DNA of 64,000 nt from Guillardia theta CCMP2712 (Eukaryota > Protista > Cryptophyta). Positions 57,896-64,000 of this stretch are shown in pieces; position 1 is the stretch's first letter; each line of letters opens with the position of its first letter. Location of the stretch: the NCBI RefSeq assembly GCF_000315625.1, contig NW_005434596.1:88615-152614 (forward strand), in the 5' to 3' direction. Position numbers and translations under genes: made by a program. The notes beneath the pieces are model-generated. The model made no database searches. It had not been told where the DNA came from and saw only the letters and a list, made by a program, of their open reading frames with translations.

Positions 57896-59159
57896 GCATG
57901 TGCCAATGAGCTCCTTGTCTTGTTTTCGTGTGGTTGAGCTGCATGAAAAAGTATCATTAATAAACCTAACTAACATAAAAGACTCTCTGTCTGCATCAGT
58001 GAGGTTTGTTCATATTAATTCAAAGCATGTCAGTCTCAAAGTTTTAGCGTCTTTGTGTAAATCCTGATGGTCTCAGTCTTGCTTACGCATTTCTCTCCAG
58101 CAACGTTTTCTTCCCTAATCTCCTCTTCTACCTCTTTCACCTAAAAAGAGGCAGCCAGAGCGTCACCTGACCATCCTTTGCATTCTCCTTTGTATGGACT
58201 ACGTTCCCAATCGCTGCCATCGCCAGGTCCGCGACTCGCGAGCAGCAGAGAACTCGAGTGCTTGTTTCCCATGTTCAAGATCTTGCCCAGTTGTCCCGTG
58301 CCATCCCGCCACGTCAACAGAGGTAGTCTCATCTCTCCTATCGAAGCTGGCGTTCTCTGAAGCCACTGTCGAAGCCGAAGTCTTGATGCCAACGCATGTG
58401 AGGACTTGGGCTTGGCTGAGGCTGAGAAAGGACGCTTGGTCCTTACGGGGATCTGGCTGGTGGAGGACTCTGCCTGATCGGAACTGATGGGGACAAGTGA
58501 GTCGAGCACAGTAGTCTATGATGTTGCAACCTATCAAACAGCCCATGTCCAAACTCGTTCCGAAGTTCCACCTTGCAAACGTTGAGGACTGCAGCTCCTC
58601 CTCTTGCTCCTGCCACTTTGCCGTCAGCCACCCGGGCAATTGTTTCGAAGCAGACGAGCCTGTTGCTCATTAAAAATCATCTTTGCCTTTGCTCTTGCTC
58701 TGCAGCAATGCAGGAGGTGAGGAAGCACAAGTCAGATCAGATCAGGCAGCGATAAGCAGGAGCCGGAACAAGTACGCACTTGGGGCTCAGCAAGCTTAGA
58801 GCTGCTTTTTGCTTCCCCCTCAACATCAACCTTCGCATCTATCCAAGGGAGTGATGAGCAAATTTTTATGTGCGGGGAAAGCACCAAGCAAACAACTACC
58901 TTGATATCGTTCATGGGAAGGACCAACCCGATGGAGTGCATAGCATCTAAGTTTGTCTTTTTGTCCTTCTCCTTCATTCTTTATCCACCAGCATGAGATG
59001 GAGCAGCGAGTTGAGCTTCCCTCCCCCTCTTCCCCTCTCTCCTCTCCTCAAATCTTTCAATATCATCTTGATCTCGAGCAACTCATCGACTGCCTGCCTT
59101 GAGAATCAGCGATGCACAATTCAACCAATACCAGGACGGGCGGCGGCCCTGCCGCGGGC

Positions 59160-59600
59160 TACTTACTGGAACGCGGTCATCAAGGTCTTGCGGCAACTTG
59201 AAGTTCTACCCGTCATCATCATGTCACATGTTTTTGACAATGATGGGATACCGGACCTTGCTCGGAGTAAACTGCAAGCAGCAGCACAGAGGAAGATCCG
59301 AGGGCATCGTAACGCATATGCATAGCACGTCCCGCCAAAGGCCTTTCTTCCCATCGTCGCCTGCACTGATGGACTCTTGCAGGATGATGCGTTGCACTTT
59401 CTGTGCTTGCTGGCGGATCGCTCGGCGAACAGGGAAACGGCAGCGCTGGATGGTCTCTCGGCCTCGCAAGACATCTCAGGTGATCCGAATTGCAAACGCA
59501 TCCGGTCCAGGATCTTTCGTCAGCTCAAGGCCTCCCTGTCCTTCGCTGCCATCATCGCGGGTGCATTCCGGTATGCGTCTCATTCCTTCGGCGGCGGCCA
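59160..59600 (+). mobile_element. Degenerate 3' fragment of a CRE-like non-LTR retrotransposon (restriction-like endonuclease region)
   Basis: ORFs 58993-59325 and 59377-59694 share one frame split by a single TAG: AAAQRKIRGHRNAYA*...AFLPIVACTDGLL...FLCLLA...FRQLKASLSFA. This matches the K..Y...F.P....G...FL..LA...LS.A pattern of RLE C-termini. Confidence 0.6.
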
Positions 59601-62600
59601 CAGCGACGTCGCTGGCATGGCGCGGGGGAATTGTCCTGCGCGCAGTAAAGTGAAGGTATCAGTTAAGTTTGGGGGACAGCAGTTGCAGGATTAGGTTTGG
59701 TTCTCGCTGTCTTTTCGCTTCTCGCCGTTTGGCAGCGTGCGAAAAGATTGTCCTCGTACTGAACTTTAACTTAACTTTGAGTGAAGAGTGACCTGAGTCC
59801 GAGACTTGTTTACTACTGACTCGCCGCTGGGAGCAAACTTTGAGACTAGTCACGCCCAGGGGCCAGTCAACTTTACTCAGTGTAGGAGTAAACCGGCTGA
59901 CAGTACTGTCGGGGAACGTACCACCCGGACCTCTGCAGGACCCCCGCAACTCAGTAAACTGACCCCGTCCTTGCACCTTGGGAATCACTTTACTGCAGGC
60001 TGAAATCCTTGCATTTCAATAGTTACGATCCTGTGAGCTCCTCGACCAACCTGTGTCTCAATATCCTCTGTTCTCCTCCTCACTGACCCTGCTTCCTGCA
60101 GAGCTGCTGCTCTCCGGGCCCTGCTCTCCCTGCTCTCCCTGCTCTCCCTGCTCTCCCTGCTCGACCTGCTCGACCTCCTGCTTTGCTTGCATATGTCCTG
60201 TATTACCATATACACTTCTAAGTGACCTCTCATCCTGTAACCTCACACCAACCCATTCAACCATGCCGTCACAACCTTTGCGTCACGATCTTTGCGCTCT
60301 TGATGTGTGGTGGTGACCTTGGTATCAGGCACATGCGGCCAAGAGGAGCAAGCTTTTCGATCCACAAGGTCAGCGAGTGGCTCGGCCAAGATCAGCTCTC
60401 CTCTCCTGATATGGAAGAAGCCCATCGGCATCAGCGCCACAGACGTACTCAGAAGCGTGAAAGAAGGAAGGAAAAAGCCAGCCACAACTCGTGCTCGTCG
60501 TTCACTCCCGGCGATGCAAAGCTCGAAGACGTCAAACTGTCGCTGGCAGACGAGGAAAGAGAGGTCAACCTGACCGCCTTGTTTGCGCTCGTGGGGAATC
60601 TGATCGCGAACCATGTGAACGACAAGGTGGACCATAAACATGAGGTACAGGACGTGGCGTCAAGTCAGTGCGATGCGGGGGGAATGAAGCTCCGGCCGTG
60701 GGAGCGAGAAGTTGAATATGCATCGTCACGAGCTCGCGACATCTCAAGGCAGTTGCAGCTCGAGAGGACACAAGTGGTTGAACGGAGCAAACTATTCCAT
60801 TACTAATAGATATTTGTGATAGCTGTCACACTCATGGCTGGTAGAGCCGTTCATTTCCTTCACTCGCTGTGACTGGCTGCGTGTCTCCGGGTGTCAATCT
60901 ACTATGATCGCACGCACTGAGTCACGAACGGCTGGCATCGTCGAAGACCGCCGGATCACCGGATCCTTCCGATCGGTTCTGACTGAATTCGATAATCAGG
61001 AGTTGCAACTCAGATTCACCGCCGTGGTTGCAGTGACTGAACCAGAGTCGGACGTTCCTAGACGATCCACCGTTCTACGGTATCGGACATGGCGGCATCA
61101 TGCGAGCAGTAGTATCGCTCGAGACATCCAGGTTCTTGTTCCCAGAAGATTTCTTGTACCTAACAACGCACATCATCTGCAAGCAGCGCATAAATCGAAG
61201 TACCCCAAGACCTTTGCTGCCTTCTTCTGCTCCTCTGTCAACCCGTTCCAACTGAGAAGGTCGAGAGGTCACGAGCTCTTCAGGGGAGACTACTACCGAA
61301 CGAAGAAGCAAATGATAAGTCCACCTTCGCTCGTAGATATGTCCACAAAGACATCCTCGTCCCAGAATTTTTGGTTGAATTCAAGAATGGCGTCAAGTGC
61401 TAGAATCGACCATGTGTACTCATCGGTTACAAGCTCAGACCGTACACATGTTTACCGTCATTGAGCACTAGCTAGGACTCGACATACCACCATGAAATAA
61501 GCAACGCTGGCAGATCAGTGGCACTCACAAGTCTTAACCGCGCGGCAAGCAGGGGTACATAAACAAAACTAGCTTCATCGTTGCGATGGAGTCTGTTCAC
61601 TCCTGTTACGGCTGTGAGGCCGGGAGTGCCACGGTCACTGTCCGACCGGAGGACCCGCCCGTCCATGTCATCGAGTCGGGACTTGCTGCTTTTATCTTGA
61701 CGAGGTGGATTTGGGGTGGCGTGTTTGAGGATTTCAAAGAGGCTGCAAATTTGAGCAGACATGAGATGTTCACCGAACATACTCTTGGGTCATTCCTGAG
61801 ATCATCGAATATAGAGGTGATGATCCTTGAGGAGTGCTTCGTACAGTTCGTCAATCTCACGAAAAATCGTTTGATAAGCGAAGAGCATCATTTCATCAGC
61901 GGCTGTCATGTCTGCACAAATAAAGGCTCTTGATTATCCTCGTACTGATTTTTAACTTAACTTTGAGTAAAAGTTAATTGACGTAGTTCAAACTCGCCGG
62001 TTGCCACTTGCACTCTTGAATCACTGTCATGAAGTCAGCTACGAGTCAGGCCCGTCCGAACTTCGGAAGCCTCCGACGAGTCGGTGGCTCGACCGTTTCA
62101 ACGGTCTCCCGACTGATTGCCCGCGTCTGATAAAACTCAGGCAGTGGCATTCTTTACACAAAGTCACTGCCCGGCCGCACGTAGTAGTACTCCGGTATGC
62201 GTCCCCTGGGACGGTCATCCGAGAGGGCCAAACGACCGACGGTCATGGCACGATGAGTAAAAGACGGTGAGAACGGTGAGGTACCCGGTACATCGACAGA
62301 AGTATTGTACGGTGGGGGTGGCATGGTAGTCGGAAGGGGACAGCCACTGCAGCCCGCCAACCTGCAGTTCGACTGTTTTCCTGCAACTGCTGACCAAATC
62401 CCTTCCAAAACAGATTTCTTGGTATGCTCTTTGTTCTCAATCCCCGCGAAAAGTAGAGTATTGGACTTACGACTGTCATTGAGGATATCAAACATTTCAA
62501 AAACGGATCGTTTAAATAATAACAGATATATACACAAATCAAGACAGTCGACGACGGGGCCAAGGACGCAAGGCCACCGACAGAGTCAACCATCCGCCGA

Positions 62601-62699
62601 ATGATTGAACGCACACGGAGAAACTCAGCTCCACACGTTTGCTAACAAAACCATCAAGTGTACTTGATTGTTCACACGATCCTTCTCAGTGATCTCACG

Positions 62700-63218
62700 A
62701 TGTCAGAATTCTTCAGTGAGGGGCAGGCTCCTTGTGAGAGTTGGAACTTCTCGTTGCTGGACAACATTGTTGAGAAAGAGGCGTACGCGGATGTCCCGAT
62801 TGAAGATTTGGATTCCAAAGACGGGTTCAATTGTGGAGACATCTTTGAAGACAGCAGGCATTCTGAATCTGGAAGTATACAATCCAATGCCGATCATGAT
62901 ACTGAGGATTCAACTCTTGGAGTTGAGCATGGCGAATCCGAAGATGTTGTTATGGTTAGAACTAGAAAAGAAGGTCACTCTGAGACTATCATAAGGATAG
63001 ACAAAACCATGCTTGAACAACATTTTCATGAGAAAATGGAAATTGCTGCAAAAAGTCTTGTGAGTTCCCTGAATATCATTTTCCCCTTGAAGTGCACTGA
63101 TGAATCTGGGCAGGGTGTGGGCAAGTCAACGATGAAGCTTGTTTGCAGGAAACTTGGTGTATTGAAATGGCCGTATACAAGCAAAGGAGTCAGGAGAAAT
63201 CGGAGGAAAGCAAAGTAG
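62700..63218 (+). CDS. RWP-RK domain transcription factor (KWPY variant); intron 63060-63113
   Basis: IDKTMLEQHFHEKMEIAAKSL|GVGKSTMKLVCRKLGVLKWPY; acidic N-terminus. Confidence 0.85.
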   Translation: MSEFFSEGQAPCESWNFSLLDNIVEKEAYADVPIEDLDSKDGFNCGDIFEDSRHSESGSIQSNADHDTEDSTLGVEHGESEDVVMVRTRKEGHSETIIRIDKTMLEQHFHEKMEIAAKSLVSSLNIIFPLKCTDESGQGVGKSTMKLVCRKLGVLKWPYTSKGVRRNRRKAK

Positions 63219-63603
63219 ACTCCCCGAGGTTGAAATTTTGAAATTGTTTCAGTGATGGATTGACAGTGTGAAACTTGTTCTGTAATATCGTTGCTTCTTG
63301 TGATAAGATCATCGGATGCAGACTTTGTACATTTGAAGTAGTCTCTCTCTGCTTTGCAATACAAGCCAATTTGTTACCATTGATAGTATAGAGATGGTCA
63401 CCCGCATTGTTATTGTGCTGGGATCTGCTGTGACAGGCACTGCGGCACACTGTGGCCAGGCACTGTACAGTCAGGCTCTCTGCCACTCACCGTCCGGGTG
63501 GGGGTCCGGCTGGGCCGACCGACTCCCTCAATCATTGAATCATGATACTGGCCGTACCGGCGGGCCGCGCCCCGGGGCGGCGGGGGCCCGGCCGCGCGGC
63601 GGC

Positions 63604-63703
63604 NNNNNNNNNNNNNNNNNNNNNNNNNNNNNNNNNNNNNNNNNNNNNNNNNNNNNNNNNNNNNNNNNNNNNNNNNNNNNNNNNNNNNNNNNNNNNNNNN
63701 NNN
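63604..63703. other. Assembly gap (100 N)
   Basis: Run of N following a very GC-rich, palindrome-rich tract. Confidence 0.99.
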
Positions 63704-63707
63704 TCAC

Positions 63708-64000
63708 CTTTCCCTGCAGGTTCACAGACACGGTCGAGTGTCCATGCAGCGGCCCTGGCAGTGAGCAGCTGGTGGTGCCCGCAGTACAGCCAGTGGGGTT
63801 GGAGGAGCCATAGCAGTAGGTGACTGACGAGGGCGGGGAGGTGAAGTTCTGACAGATGCCTCTCATGCACGCGCCTGCACACAGATGAACCAGTCGAGTC
63901 AAGGACAAGAGGGCGCGAGCGAGGGCGCTTACCTGACTTGCAGGAGCTCAGCTGGGAGAAACTGTGCTGCTCCTCCAATCATGTAGTACTGCCCCAGATA
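63708..64000 (-). CDS. Partial exon(s) of a Cys-rich, probably extracellular protein
   Basis: CMRGICQNFTSPPSSVTYCYGSSNPTGCTAGTTSCSLPG ending at a GTGA donor next to the gap. Confidence 0.3.

Noticed and set aside
58141-58980. Minus-strand gene remnants next to the retroelement fragment
   Set aside because: Fragmentary ORFs with no recognisable family; cannot support a call.
56700-63603. Fanzor/TnpB, Polinton-like virus or intact transposon at the right end
   Set aside because: No RuvC, transposase, integrase, capsid, packaging ATPase or RT motifs and no long terminal inverted repeats could be identified.

Overview
Intron-rich, gene-dense eukaryotic nuclear DNA. Short GT-AG introns filled with purine/pyrimidine microsatellites and a bipartite plastid-targeting presequence point to a cryptophyte such as Guillardia theta (inference). 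I spliced the genes by hand, so outer coordinates are approximate where stated. In order, the window holds: tRNA-Thr(UGU); a long single-exon tandem-AAA+ ATPase; plastid UROD/hemE; probable TFIIF-alpha; a zeta-toxin-like P-loop kinase whose spliced C-terminus is a complete glutaredoxin (invisible in the ORF track); a DUF3427/SRA-like protein; an OGFOD3-like oxygenase; ThiM; a multi-PDZ protein; nocturnin; DPAGT1; a secreted glycosyltransferase-like protein; a 4-copy intronless NmrA/NMRAL1 array (one copy broken by a captured NHL-gene fragment); an Sfi1-like protein; CSC1/OSCA; CCZ1; and a coiled-coil protein. The right end is accessory-looking, with an orphan ORF, a degenerate CRE-like non-LTR retroelement fragment, an RWP-RK gene and a 100-N gap. 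The best novel candidate is the zeta-kinase-glutaredoxin fusion, possibly a redox-gated NAD kinase, lying within ~30 kb of an NADP(H) phosphatase and an amplified NADPH sensor. Seven divergent gene pairs share dense GGGT(A)/(T)ACCC motif clusters, a candidate promoter code.
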